Source of the DNA: Oikopleura dioica | Taxonomy: Eukaryota > Animalia > Chordata | NCBI GenBank assembly: GCA_907165135.1 | Contig: OU015566.1 | Coordinates: 11,842,001 to 11,906,000, forward strand | DNA: 64,000 nt | Direction: 5' to 3' | Part shown: positions 38,104-49,900 of the stretch, in pieces | Position numbering within the stretch: position 1 is the stretch's first letter | Layout of the letters: each line of letters opens with the position of its first letter | Program-made: the position numbers and the translations under genes | Notes under the pieces: generated by a model | Told to the model about the DNA's origin: nothing | Databases searched by the model: none | What the model saw: only the letters and a program-made list of their open reading frames with translations

Positions 38104-40398
38104 TCAGATTTCATAATTTATTTGATAGTCTTTCAATCTTTTTCTCAAGTCAGTATCTAAGCCAGGGTTCAAAATCACCTCACCTAAAGGTGCACCTTGT
38201 TCAATTTAGGTGAGGTGCAAATTGTCACCTCACCCACCTCACCTAAAATTTTTCAGATTGAAGCTTTTTTAGGTGCACCTAAAAGGTGCACCTTTTTTGA
38301 AATCATCACCTCACCCACCTCACCTAAAACTTTGAAGATTTGGGCCTTTTCTAGGTGCACCTAAAGGTGCACCTTTTTTGTGATCATCACCTCACCTCAC
38401 CTCACCTAGGAATGTTTTGATTTTAGGTGCACCTTTTTTCTCGGTGAGTTGTTTTAAAGTTTGAAATTAAAACTTAGCTGTTGATTTCGAGTTGTTTGGT
38501 TATACCCGGCATTTTTACTGGGCAACCCGCAGATTTTTCAACGGATTACTCGCGCGTAGAGCAGAGTTCGAAATTTGTTGGCAGTACTGCCACGACTGCC
38601 ACTGGCAGCTGCCAATTTCGGCAGTCACTTGGCAAGAGCAGCTACAAGAGACTACCCGCGGAGAGTCTTTTCACGGGCTACCCGCTCTACTAGTTTTATC
38701 ATTTCTGCCGAGTAGCTCGCGATTACCCGCAACCCTTTTTCTCGAGGCAATCAGACGAGCGAATTTTCTTCTTTCTAGGCGAAATTTTCGCGAGTAGCTC
38801 GCGATTATCCTTTACCCATTTACTCGATCTACTCGCGCGGAGACTCGCAGAAAAATCTGCGGATTACCCGGAAGAAATTTGAGAGTAACTTCAAAGGACT
38901 TGAAATCGAAGTCAGGAGCAAAATCCGTGCCCACACTTGATCAATTATCACCTAAATTTCACCCACCTCACCTAAAAAAACTTTCAAAATCCGTCTTTTT
39001 AGGTGCACCTAAAAGGTGCACCCTTTTTCAGAATATCACCTCACCCACCTCACCTAAAATTTTTCAAAAATTTGCTTTTTTAGGTGCACCTAAAAGGTGC
39101 ACCTTTTTCCAATCTATCACCTCACCCACCTCACCTAAAATTTTTCAGATTTGGGACTTTTTTAGGTGCACCTAAAGGTGCACCTTTTTTGTAATCATCA
39201 CCTCACCTCACCTCACCTAAAAACTAGGTGATTTTGAACCCTGATCTAAGCTTTCAAAAGAGTCAACAGAATCATCATCCTCTTCTGTCAAAGATCTTCG
39301 CATTTGCCCCTTCACTTCTTCTTTAATTAATTTTCTGTTGAAGTCATCTCGTAGAGCAGCATCCAGACTTGGGAATCGAAAGCTTTTTTTACGATACAGA
39401 AAATTTGATGAAAGAATTGGATCATCTTCATCACTAAAAAAGATTTATTTTGAGGTAAGTTGACTTTATTCTTACAATTCTAGCTTTTTCGATCGGTCGA
39501 GCGTATGAAAACTGAAGCCAAAGATTCTATTCTGATGAATCGGATCGTACAAATCATCATAATCCGGCTTCGTCCTCAGCTGCGCAATTGCTCCAGTAGC
39601 GACAAATCTTAGCCTAGCTTTCTCCAAGTTGTTCAAAGTCGGCTGATTCGTGATTGTTTGGACTTTTATTCGATCTCTTCCGTAGATGTCCCGGACAAAT
39701 TTCGTTAGATTTTTCGTCGTGTCGAAGTACTGGGAATATGCTTCTTTGGAATATGGAAATTCATCAGGATTTTTCTACGATCGGATTTTAAGAGCTTTCT
39801 GATCAGTTGAAATCAGTACCTTGGAAATAAAGTCGGTGAAAAACACTTGCGTGCCCATTTTTCTTGAGCTGACTTTAGCTAACCCAGCGGAGGCCAGTTC
39901 AGAGTCTTTATTGAAGTAGACGCTGTGAAGAAGCTTGTGCACGAGCACGTGATTCTCGTCAGCAGCACCTGGAAGAGCAGGGATCATCGTTTGAGCATTA
40001 ATTTCATGTCTCTTCATTGAGTGCTCCACTTTAATGTCTTCATCTGTTCCATAGCAAGTTTCGACGACTTTTCGATCGTAAAAACGCACTGCATGAGCGA
40101 AGCCAGTAACTGTGATTCTGAACCCTTCTGGAGGTGGTGGTTCTTTGGAGAAATAATTGACATGGTGGATCTCTTCAAGCTGAAAATTTGATGCCTCCCC
40201 ACGATTTCCGACGAGGCGGAAATTTTCGTAAATTTCATCGCAAAACTTCAATGTATCGGTTTTCAACAACACGACGCCTGGTGCTGAGTCTAGTACTGTC
40301 CCTGTGAGCCTAGAACATACAGTCAGAATTGAAAGAAGATCTGAGTAGAACCTTGCAAATGTAAAATGTCTTTGACCAGCTGCTTTTAGTCGATTCAT
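38104..40398 (-). CDS. Hypothetical protein; last coding exon interrupted by a hAT MITE
   Basis: ATG at 40398 follows a TTAG acceptor. The exon runs to ...FISK, then a 45-nt GT-AG intron, KNPDEF...KKLE, an intron, and DEDDPIL...DSFESLD[MITE]TDLRKRLKDYQINYEI*. Confidence 0.55.
38163..39243. mobile_element. Composite non-autonomous hAT element (1081 bp)
   Basis: 18-bp perfect TIRs CAGGGTTCAAAATCACCT / AGGTGATTTTGAACCCTG. 8-bp TSD ATCTAAGC at 38155-38162 and 39244-39251. Subterminal CACCT/AGGTGCACCT arrays, with an unrelated repeat interior at about 38480-38900. Confidence 0.93.
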
Positions 40399-40526
40399 CG
40401 TTTCTAATAAAGAAAATTTTATTACTAGAACGCTTTTAAATTGAGCTTTTATATCTTTTAGTATGAAATGAAAGGAGGGCGAAGGAATTGAGAATTGGCA
40501 GAATGAAAAATTATAACGGAGTTGGG

Positions 40527-41953
40527 TTATTTCCTCAAAATGTCGATTTTGAATTTGGCGGCGGGGATTTGTGTCACTTCTACAGTTACATGAGCGTTTA
40601 CTGAAAAGATCAATCATTGCCGAAGAAAACGGAAAACTTACATGTAAGAGCGAAGAGTGCGCCACGTAAAAGTCCACAAGGATAAGCCAAAAACTTTGGC
40701 GCGTCTGTCAGATACTGTTTACCACTGCTCAACGATGTCAAGGTGCGGAATTCACTGTCTTGAATCACATAAGTTCCAGCATTATCAGTCTAGCGATAGA
40801 GATGAATAGATAGAAGAAGGAAGTTGCCTACTTTTAGTGAGTTTGCACTGCGGCGAAAACACAATTCCCAGAAATCGCGGCAAAGGAATCGAAGCACGTC
40901 AACTTCTTCCTTGAATCGTGGTCGGTCTTTGCACATATTCTCGCACAGCGATATCCCAACCTAGAAAAAGAACATCAATTTATCTCTTCGGGATCAGATA
41001 AACCCAAACGCTAGTTCTCTCAGCAGGGGACGAGAATTCTCCGGGCGGTATGCTCTCCCACTGAGCATCACTGTGCGCCCTCTTTTCAGGAAATTTTCGA
41101 CAAAATCGGACAAAAACAGTCAATATCATAAAAAAAGAATTTTAACTACAGAAAATAATCCTGGTCTGGGACGGTCAAAAATACGCCTGGTTCGGGACGG
41201 AGAAGATTCATCGACCGGAATATTAAAATGCCAGATACTGCGGGATCCTCACGGTTTTTGAACGAGCAAGGCCGTAAGTTTAGAGAATGGGTTTCTAACA
41301 GAGAAAAACAGCGAACTTTCACCGTAAGAGAGCTGCAGCTTCTACTTGTGGACTATTCTGAAGCAATGGACTTCGAAAAGCATGCTAACCATATGACGAT
41401 CGCCCGGGATATCATCTACAAGACCATCAAGTATCCGAAAATTTCTCGAAAGTTCGCCCTGGATAGCCTTTTGGTAAGTTTTATGTTATAAATGTCTATT
41501 TATCGCAATTTCTCAGCCTCTGATGACGATTGCCACACAGAACGATTACAAGGAAGCACTCAACTTCAACTGGGAATGCCACCGCCGGGAGATGCTGAAG
41601 CCGATCGATGGCTCTGAAGACAATTATGGCCGTCGACGATTCTACACGAAACGAGAAAGACAAGACGAATGGTGAATACGCAAATGGCCGAAGCAATGAA
41701 AAAAATAAACTGTATCGACTCAACATACCACTTCCCAACATATGAACACTCCATTGAATGAAAATAAATTGAAAAAAATTATAACCCGGCTCATTAATAT
41801 TTGCAGAAGAGAATCCTTTCCGTTCAATCACTTACAACTCACCTTGTATCCAATATCCTCTAGTATAGAAATATGCTCATCTTTATCTGCACTGAAACCT
41901 TTCCAATCAGCAAGCTCATTGTGAAAAAATTCGAATAGCGCGTACGATTCCAT
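40527..41953 (-). CDS. TRAPPC6: Trafficking protein particle complex subunit 6
   Basis: Exon 1 (41953-41843) MESYALFEFFHNEL...ILEDIGYK, then VGISLCENMCKDRPRFKEEVDVLRFLCRDFW, then TDNAGTYVIQD...GKQYL...AYPCGLLRGAL, then ...AAKFKIDILRK*. Matches TRAPPC6B motifs from memory. Confidence 0.9.
41228..41675 (+). CDS. Hypothetical ~135-aa protein nested antisense in TRAPPC6 intron 1
   Basis: Exons 41228-41473 and 41517-41675 are joined in frame by a canonical gtaag...ctcag intron. Confidence 0.55.
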
Positions 41954-42073
41954 TTTGATCTAAAAACGAGAAAATCACGGCCTGATTCAGACAGAGAGCG
42001 GAAGAAAAGGGTGTTAGAAATCTAAAGACTAATTCCAGTTTTAAAAGATTTCACCAAAAAAGAAGAAAAGATG

Positions 42074-42360
42074 TCAGTTAGGAGGTTTAGTCGGGTCAAA
42101 CATGGGTATCACTGGAGCAGATGGAGCTGTTTTCGCCTTGGATTTCTTATTCATGCGCATTGGATTCGATGTATCTGACTTTGCGATTGTCTTCGGAGGA
42201 TCATTCCAGCCAGCGGTAAATTCTAAGGCTCCATACAATAACTTTCTACGAGAAAAGCTTGACCTTTTTTGTCAGGTGATGGACCCGTTGGAATTTCTTT
42301 GGGAGGCCCCCGCTCGGACATTTTTGAAGGCAGAGGTGGCATCGGAGGCATTTTAGACAT
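42074..42360 (-). CDS. Small proline-rich protein with a GWNDPP motif
   Basis: MSKMPPMPPLPSK...PDKK, a 35-nt GT-AG intron, then ALEFTAGWNDPPKTI...KPPN*. The ATG follows TTAG. GWNDPP recalls SRA1/Sec31-type motifs (inference only). Confidence 0.5.
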
Positions 42361-42451
42361 TCTAACAAATATACACATCAACAACTTATTTTCTGATAGG
42401 TAGCGAGGGAATGGCGGAAAAGGCTGAACTGAAAACGATTTGTTTGAAAGT

Positions 42452-45400
42452 TTATTGCACAGTTATTTTATGTTCACAAGTATCGGTCCATTTTTCTAAA
42501 TCGAGCGAGCTGTGTTCCAGAAGATGCTCGCATGGAACTTGAGAGGAGCTCATCAGGAAGACGTTGGTGGACATTTTGGAAATCGCATCGCCATTTTCAC
42601 AGAAAATTCGTCCAAGTGTTGTCTTTTCTATTTCTCGGAGTTGTTGCGGGCTGAAAACAGTTAGTTTCCCCTTTACTTGAGTACCCAACCTGAATTCACC
42701 GGGCCTTTGATACCAAAATCGATCTCCGCTTCTCAACTTTTTAAATTGATCTACCAAAAGACATTGTAATGTAGGGCCGGTTCTTGTCCCGGGAATAGTC
42801 TTCTCCAAAACAAGCGCCGGGAACAGTTCTATATATTCCACCTGAAAAATTATATGATGAACACACCTTGCCGATTAGAAACAATATACGTACATTTGAA
42901 TATAATAACTTAAATTTATCTATCACATCTGTATCAAACTCATTTCGTAAGTCGTTCCAGTCTGACAAAGGCGCCAAGCCACAGTGCTCACGCCACTCAG
43001 CGTAAAATGGAAGCGCGTGATCTCTGCCTCGTTGGATATTCAGAGCACCTAAAAGAGAATATTTTATATAATCTTCTGTGTTTTCAAGACGTTACCTAAA
43101 TCAAGCGCTACTCTGTCTGAAGACTCGAATAGCCTCTCTATTAGCTGAGGATTCATGGGACCATTAAGTTCCATTCGTTTATCTTTGCTTCCAGTAAAAA
43201 CAAGCCCTCGGATAATCGGGTCGATTCCTCCTCGTTTGAACAATTGGTAAGGATTGAAAAATGCCTTGTACAGCGGAAGGTCACCGTATTGCCTGTGAGG
43301 CTGAAGATTTTCATCCAATCTTTTCACCACTGGTTTGATGAGACTGTGGCCAAAGCGAAACGCAGCAGTAGCAAAAACGTTCGTCACGGAGGGATTTTCT
43401 GTTGGATTGTAGCCAGTGTAATTGCCGAGTTTTTTCATACCCTCCTCGCCGAGAATTTTCGGCAGCCATTCTGAGTATGTTACTTTTTGCATGATCGCGC
43501 CGATGATTTTTCTGCTCTCAAGATATTTCTCTTCGCCAGACCAATGTGGGTTAATTTCATGAAGACGCCAGGCGATTCGATTGTGCTCGCGTAAGAAAAT
43601 CGTATGCATCGTTGTAAGGCCAATTTGTTCATTTGCACGAGCATCGCCTGCCATAAAACAAGCCGTTCTAGCTTCTTCTGATGGAACATGCTCAATTATT
43701 CCCCGACAATCCATTTCAACAGAAGCAGCATTCGCGGGGCCAGAAAACGGGAGCATTCCTTTTGGATATTCTTCAGTTCGCGTTTTCAATCTTCCGAGAG
43801 GATCGTTATCCATTCGAAGATAATTTGCCTTTTCTAAGTCAGAGCCGTAGACATTCGATGCGTCGATGAAGGAAGTTATTGAGTTGATTTGCTCACGACG
43901 AGAGAAGGAATCAACTAAAAGACTAGAAACGCCTTGAAGAGGGTTTAATAAAAATAATGATCCTTGATACAATCAGATAGATAGGACCCTAGCCTGAACC
44001 ACAGACAGAAGCAGAGCGAATGAACTCAAGACATCCATGTTGAATTGTGTCGTGATGAAGCCTGTCCGTTTCGAGCGTGGACTTCCTGATTGGAAAGCAC
44101 GGAGCAGCGTTGGTACATTCATCCCGACATAGAGTGTTCCTCCCAAAATGAGTAGAAGAAGGACTCATGGCCGTAAGAGTGATATCATGATCAAGAAATT
44201 GTCCCCATTGCATGAGAATCCCAGTGAAATCTGGATCAGGCTCCCAGGAATGTCCTTTGAGCAAAACAAGGGAGACTTCTCGTGAAGAGGGAAGGGGCTT
44301 TGACCCGTAGTTGATGTCATTCCAGCCGACTGGCTCGTTGAAATCATTTTCGTAGATGGGTTTTAGAATTCGCTTCAGAGGAGTGGTCGCAGAACCCCAG
44401 AGAGGATTGTTCAAATTGTTACAAGTGCCGAATAAGGTTTAACGAAAGCAATAAAAAAGAATACATAACTTATGTTACATAAGTTATGTAACATAAGAAA
44501 AAATATAATTGAAATTTCTTAAACCTTTACCCATCAACAGTTCGATACTTCTTATGAAAGCACATATTCTCCTCGCAGTTTGGCACAAGTTGATGCTCAT
44601 CACAACCGGCAAGTTCCCGGAGATCGTTGATATCTTGCTCTGTCAAATGATTAGCAACTTTTTTGATCTCTGCATCAGGATCAAACTTTTCTGGCTCCAA
44701 GTTATCAAGAGCAAGTCGAACAGTTTCTTCAAAGATCTCAGCTGCTACTGCTTTTTTCAGCCCGGGGCGAGAAGGAAATTTTGCTAAAGCGAAGAGGGTA
44801 CGAACAGGTACTTCTGGAGTTGATGAGTCTTTTTTGAGACGGGCGATGGTTTGATTGACAGCTTTTCGTACATTTGCAGCTGCTGTGACTACGATTTGTT
44901 CGATTTCGGGTCCTCCCATTAGGCCAAAATCGTGGATTCTCTCAGCGATACGGTTTGTGGAAGTGCTTCTTTTAAAAATAACTTCTATTGGCTTTGATTG
45001 AAGCCCGGCGTAATTCCGTCCATTGCAAATGTAAAGACCTGCATCTTCTTCTCTTGCTTCAAAAATGATCAGTTTCTTATCAATAACAGAGTAACGCCCG
45101 CCAGAAATGATCTTCTGTTGGTCTTTTGATAGCCACATGCTTGGAAAAGGATCACCGAAGACATCGCAAGGGATTTCGACGGTATCGCCTTCAAACGAGT
45201 TTCATACTTGAAAAATCTTCCTGACTAATTTCAAAATGTCATGTTTTGTTGAACTCGAGCCTGACTTAAAGCTGATATCGACCGTTGAAGATAAAATTAC
45301 AGGCTTGACTGGCTTTCTCATCTCTACTGTCGTCTCGCCAGAAGCATAGCCGTCAGGATTTCTAGCAGTACAAGTGTAGACCCCGGCTTCTTTCTGACCC

Positions 45401-46568
45401 GCTCTGTAAATTTTCAGCGTCGATTCGACTGTATATCTATTAACAGAGCCGGTTATTCTCACTCTTTTAGATCGTTTTAGTCTCTGGCCATCTTTGAGCC
45501 AGGTAACAGTGGCTCTTGGATTCGAAACAAACTTGCAGGTAATAACAATCACTCCACCGAGATATTTTTCTAGCTTTTGGTTGTTATCAGAGAGCAAAAC
45601 CGGCCAAGAGAGAACTTTTAGAGTTCCAGAAGCAGTAAGCTTTCCTTCCGAAGTTCTCACTGAACATTCGTAGACGCCTGAATCATCGAAGACCACATTT
45701 GGTATCTCAAGACCAACAGATGTTATTTTAACCCGGTCTGAAGCTTCAATATCGATTCCGTCTTTTGACCAGGTAATTTGATGATCAGCGGCGCAGGGAA
45801 AAAATACTGGTGCCCCAAAAGGAACAGTCACATCAGAAGGCTTTCTTCGAAAAGCATCTTGGAGGGCTTGGACAAGAGGAACAACTTGCTCTTCGCAATC
45901 GGCGAGACTGACCCCTTCAATAATGTTCATCGACTGTCTTTGCTGAGGACTCGCGCAGCTTGCCTTGGGCATTTCTTTTAGCGAAAACCTTCCAGAAATA
46001 AAATTTGTGAAGGGTTTTAGATCGCAGTCACATAGAAATGGGTTGCCGTCGATTTCCAACTCGTTGAGATGATTGAGCTCTCGGAACATTCCGGGCTCGA
46101 GGGACGTTATTCGGTTGTGTTCGATATTGAGTTTCTCCAAACTTTTCATATGGGTGAACAGATCTGTGGGGAAAGAACGAAGCTCGTTTTGATTGAGAAA
46201 GATGTTCTGAACTCTTTGGATGGAAATTATTAACTAGAACGCGGACGGAAAATGCGCTGAAATCAAGGAAGAGAATCTCCAACATTCCTTGAAAAGTGAT
46301 CAAACGCTCCGGGCTCAATCGTCTTGATGTTTGACGAAGACAGGATGAGTATTGATACACTATCTACGTTTGTGAAGGCACGAGAGGAGATAGTTGGGAA
46401 GTAGTTTTTACGAAGATCGAGGATTCGGCTTCCTTCTGGGAAAACATCGGGAATAGAGCGTCGTCCGCGACAGATGACGGTACTTTGAACACATTTGCAT
46501 TTTTCTGGGCAACCATCCGCTGTCAGAATAGGTAGTAACAGTGATACTGCCAATAAACGGCCTATCAT
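42452..46568 (-). CDS. PXDN: Peroxidasin (signal peptide, LRRs, three Ig domains, animal haem peroxidase; no VWC seen)
   Basis: CPEKCKC LRRNT, LRRs, NPFLCDC LRRCT, three Ig C...W...Y.C motifs, and the peroxidase motifs WGQFLDHD, DARANEQ, AFRFGHS, NIQRGRDH. Exon structure around 46150-46290 is unresolved. Confidence 0.93.
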
Positions 46569-46911
46569 TCTGAAAGAAATAAGTCTAGCAGCCATCTTGG
46601 AACAATAAAGCAAATTTTGAGGCACATTCGTGAAATCAATAAGGGGTAACTCAAAAAGAATTTGAATTTTAAAAGAATAAGAAACAAAAGAAAGATCAAT
46701 CAGGAATCGGCGTTAAGAAGTACAGTAGCACAGAGAAAAGTTGATACAAAGTTTTTCCTGCGGATGGTTGAAGAGAAGTCATTTTGTGCATGATTTAAAC
46801 GTTGATAGTAAAAATAAAACTTGGAATGAACAAAGTAACCAAATTAAAAAAATAATTTACAATAAATTATAAAGCGGGTCGTATAAATAAAAAGGTCTGT
46901 GAAGAGTAAAA

Positions 46912-49900
46912 TTACTCTTCGTTCGTCTTAGCATCCCAAACAAAGAGAGTTTGATCGTCTCCACCGGCGGAGATGATAAATTTGTCGTCGCAAGTCCAGC
47001 AAATTGATGTCACGGCTTCTCCGTGGCCGTAATGCTAGAATAATAAATGAGCGAATGAAGAAAGATTCGTGAGCAAGAATGATTCTTAGGATTATTTGTA
47101 GGATGAGAATGAAATGCGAAAATTCTGACGAATAATAATTTTTCATTAGCTACAAACTAAAAACTGATTGCGCTTTGTATTAGAAACATACCCAGTTGAC
47201 TTTTGCCTTTTGTTTCTTAATATTTTTTATATTATGTCTTGAATTAATAGACCCTTACCATCATTCCTCCCATAGTTTTCGGCGGGAATTCCTGGAGTTG
47301 AATGGATCCTTGATCATCCCCCATCGCGACATATTTTCCTGAAGTCGATACAGTGGCGCAAGTTGAGTTGAAAGGAGCGACAAGGGGATGGCGCGGGCAG
47401 TGGAATGTTTGCCATTTGAGCTGAGGAATTCGAGGATCTTCGAGGTCGAGAATTTCTGCCGATGGAACGATGCAAATGACGAAATCGTCATTGTCCAAAG
47501 CTACAGCAGCGAATCTAGAGAGCAAAAATAGGATAAGAACAATGAGCACTAGACGTACTTTTCGTTCTCTGAGAAGTCGACTGAAGTGACAGGAGCAGCG
47601 AGGCCTTGGGCAAAGCCTTCTTTAGCAAGTTTGAACTTGTTTTCCTGGTCGATTGTGAAAAAGATCAGGTTGTTATCTTGTCCTACTGCCACTTTGTTTC
47701 CGATGTTCTAAAGACTGATCAACAAAACGTTTTCTATAAGCAAGAACCTGGATAAAAGTGATGGGTTTTCCAGTATCTCTTCTCTTCGATAAAATTCGTT
47801 CGTTACATAACACGAGAATTTCCCCATTCTCTAGGCCGACGCAAATGAGCGCCTCGTCGTCAATATCCTGAAGATAAATTAAGCGCTCGTTAGCTTGAGC
47901 AAACACGGAAAACAAGGATTCTAAACGAATGAGTGACTTACTGTCAAGTTCAAATATCGAACAGCGGTCACACCAGCGGCAAAGTGGACTTTTTGAAGAA
48001 GCATCTTTGATTCAACATCCCAGACGCGCAAGGACCCGTCAGATGAGCCGGAAGCGATGAGATTTGCTTGAGTTGGATTGGCACAGACGCAGTTTACTCG
48101 TATTGGGATCTTAGATTCGTTAGACTCCCTCGTCCCCTAAGGTCACTTGCTTATCTAGATCGAGCTTTGCTCGGTCGCCGCCGTGTATTTCTCTCCATTC
48201 GGTAATTCACGCAGTTCGTGAATTAACCTCTATTTTACTCCAGCTCGAAATACAGACGTCAAAGATACTTTACTCGTTTTCTTCACTCGTCCAGATATAG
48301 AGAGCAGGCAAACTACGCTAGAAGTGGGAGATTCAGCAGAAGCTAGGATCCCTTCAGTGGTATCAGAGTAGTCCCGTTGGAGAAAAGGTAAATTTTCCGC
48401 CATCGACAACCGAAGTTTCGCAACTTGGACGCTGATTGGCCGTCAGCGGAGTCGAGGGGAACCGAATCACCAACCGCCACCGCGCCGCCGGAGAAACTCC
48501 ACTCAGAGAATTTTCCGCGCCGCACCACACCAACACCACCCCGAGCGAGCGCCACCACACGAGCGCCACCACGACCCACGCGCCGAAAGTCGCGCCCACG
48601 CAACCACGCACGCACGCCGGGGAAAACCTAAAATACTCAGAAAAACAGAATTCTTTCGCCACTTTTCACCAAAAATCGAGAGAAGTTTACGAAGAATCGA
48701 CCCTTGGACCAGACCTTGAAATTTCGACAATCGCTGGACAGAGAAATCGTCGGGCGTTTGCGCAAAAGGCACCTCAGCTCATCATATTGCGACTTTTAGT
48801 CGCAGTATTTTCTGAGGGCCTGAAAGGTAATCCAAGGCCCATAAACCCTTACTGCCGATATATTTCGAGCTATGGCGGCGAACAAATCACTGCTAGAAAC
48901 CGTCACCGAAATAAGAAGCATAAACGATCGAGTAAACTACCTCGAAGAACAAGTGCGAAATGACGAATCACTTAAGCCAAGCCTAGAGCCCTTGATCACA
49001 GAAAGCAGAGTAAAATTAGAACAGCTCAGTACAACGCTTCTTACCTGCGAGCTCGATCAAGGAAAAGAATCTACGAATGCTACAATGAGAGAAGAAGCAT
49101 GGGTGGCCACTACCTGGTCTCGTCACGTCCAAGACTTGCCGAAGCTGGACGCCGCATGCAACACATCTTTCAACACCTTCTTGGGCAGAGCCGACATTTA
49201 TCACCGCGCCTACGTCCGCGACAGACCTTCACGTGAACAGCCTTTCATCGCAGCAGTGTACAGCCACTTCGACTTGAACATCGAACGCTCACTTGGAACC
49301 GAATTTCTGAATTGTCAAGACTGGAAATCGGCCAAGGCGCTGCTAGAGAAATCATTCGCCGCGAAGAGTCACTACTTACTGAAGCTAAGCGAAGTTTTCG
49401 ACGTCGAATACGACCATTCGAAGCCGTTTGCACACTACACCGCCAACGTCTTGCAAAAGATGAACGAGGCGAAGCAAGCGACTTTGAACTCTTACCGACA
49501 AGAGAAGTCAGCCGACGCCGGGGTCGATGAAATATTCGACATATTCTCGACGATGATGCTGTACTTGAATCTTAGGAAAGAAGAACCAGACGTTTTCAAC
49601 GCAATCCTTCCAAGCCTATCAAAAGTTTACGATATCAACGAACTCTGCCGTCTCGCCCAATCCACAAGACAGAATCGAGTTGACAGCGCGACCGTCTCCC
49701 AGCACTTCAACAGAAATAAGAACAAAAAGAAGAAGAATGCTAAGCGCGCCAGCACCGATTCTAAGGATGGGAAAGACGATAAACAACCAGAATCCAAGAA
49801 GATTAATACGACTAAGAACGTCGAAGATTTCCAACCATTCGATGTTCACTTTTACACAGTGAAGAAGAAGCGACCAGGAAAGGCTTATTTCGCTTCGGCT

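Noticed and set aside
38163-39243. Regularly recurring repeats as a CRISPR-like array
   Set aside because: Eukaryotic context, no unique spacers of constant length, and the repeats are subterminal motifs inside TIRs.
39772-39780. In-frame TAG suggesting readthrough or a pseudogene
   Set aside because: It is the acceptor of a 45-nt GT-AG intron (AAG|GTACTG...TCGTAG|AAA).
46150-46290. Apparent frame breaks in the peroxidasin LRR region as evidence of pseudogenisation
   Set aside because: An unresolved short intron or a homopolymer error explains them equally well, and the catalytic motifs are intact.
48436-48963. 175-aa ORF upstream of and overlapping gag
   Set aside because: Low-complexity C/A-rich leader sequence with a non-ATG start in the track and no env or accessory-protein features.
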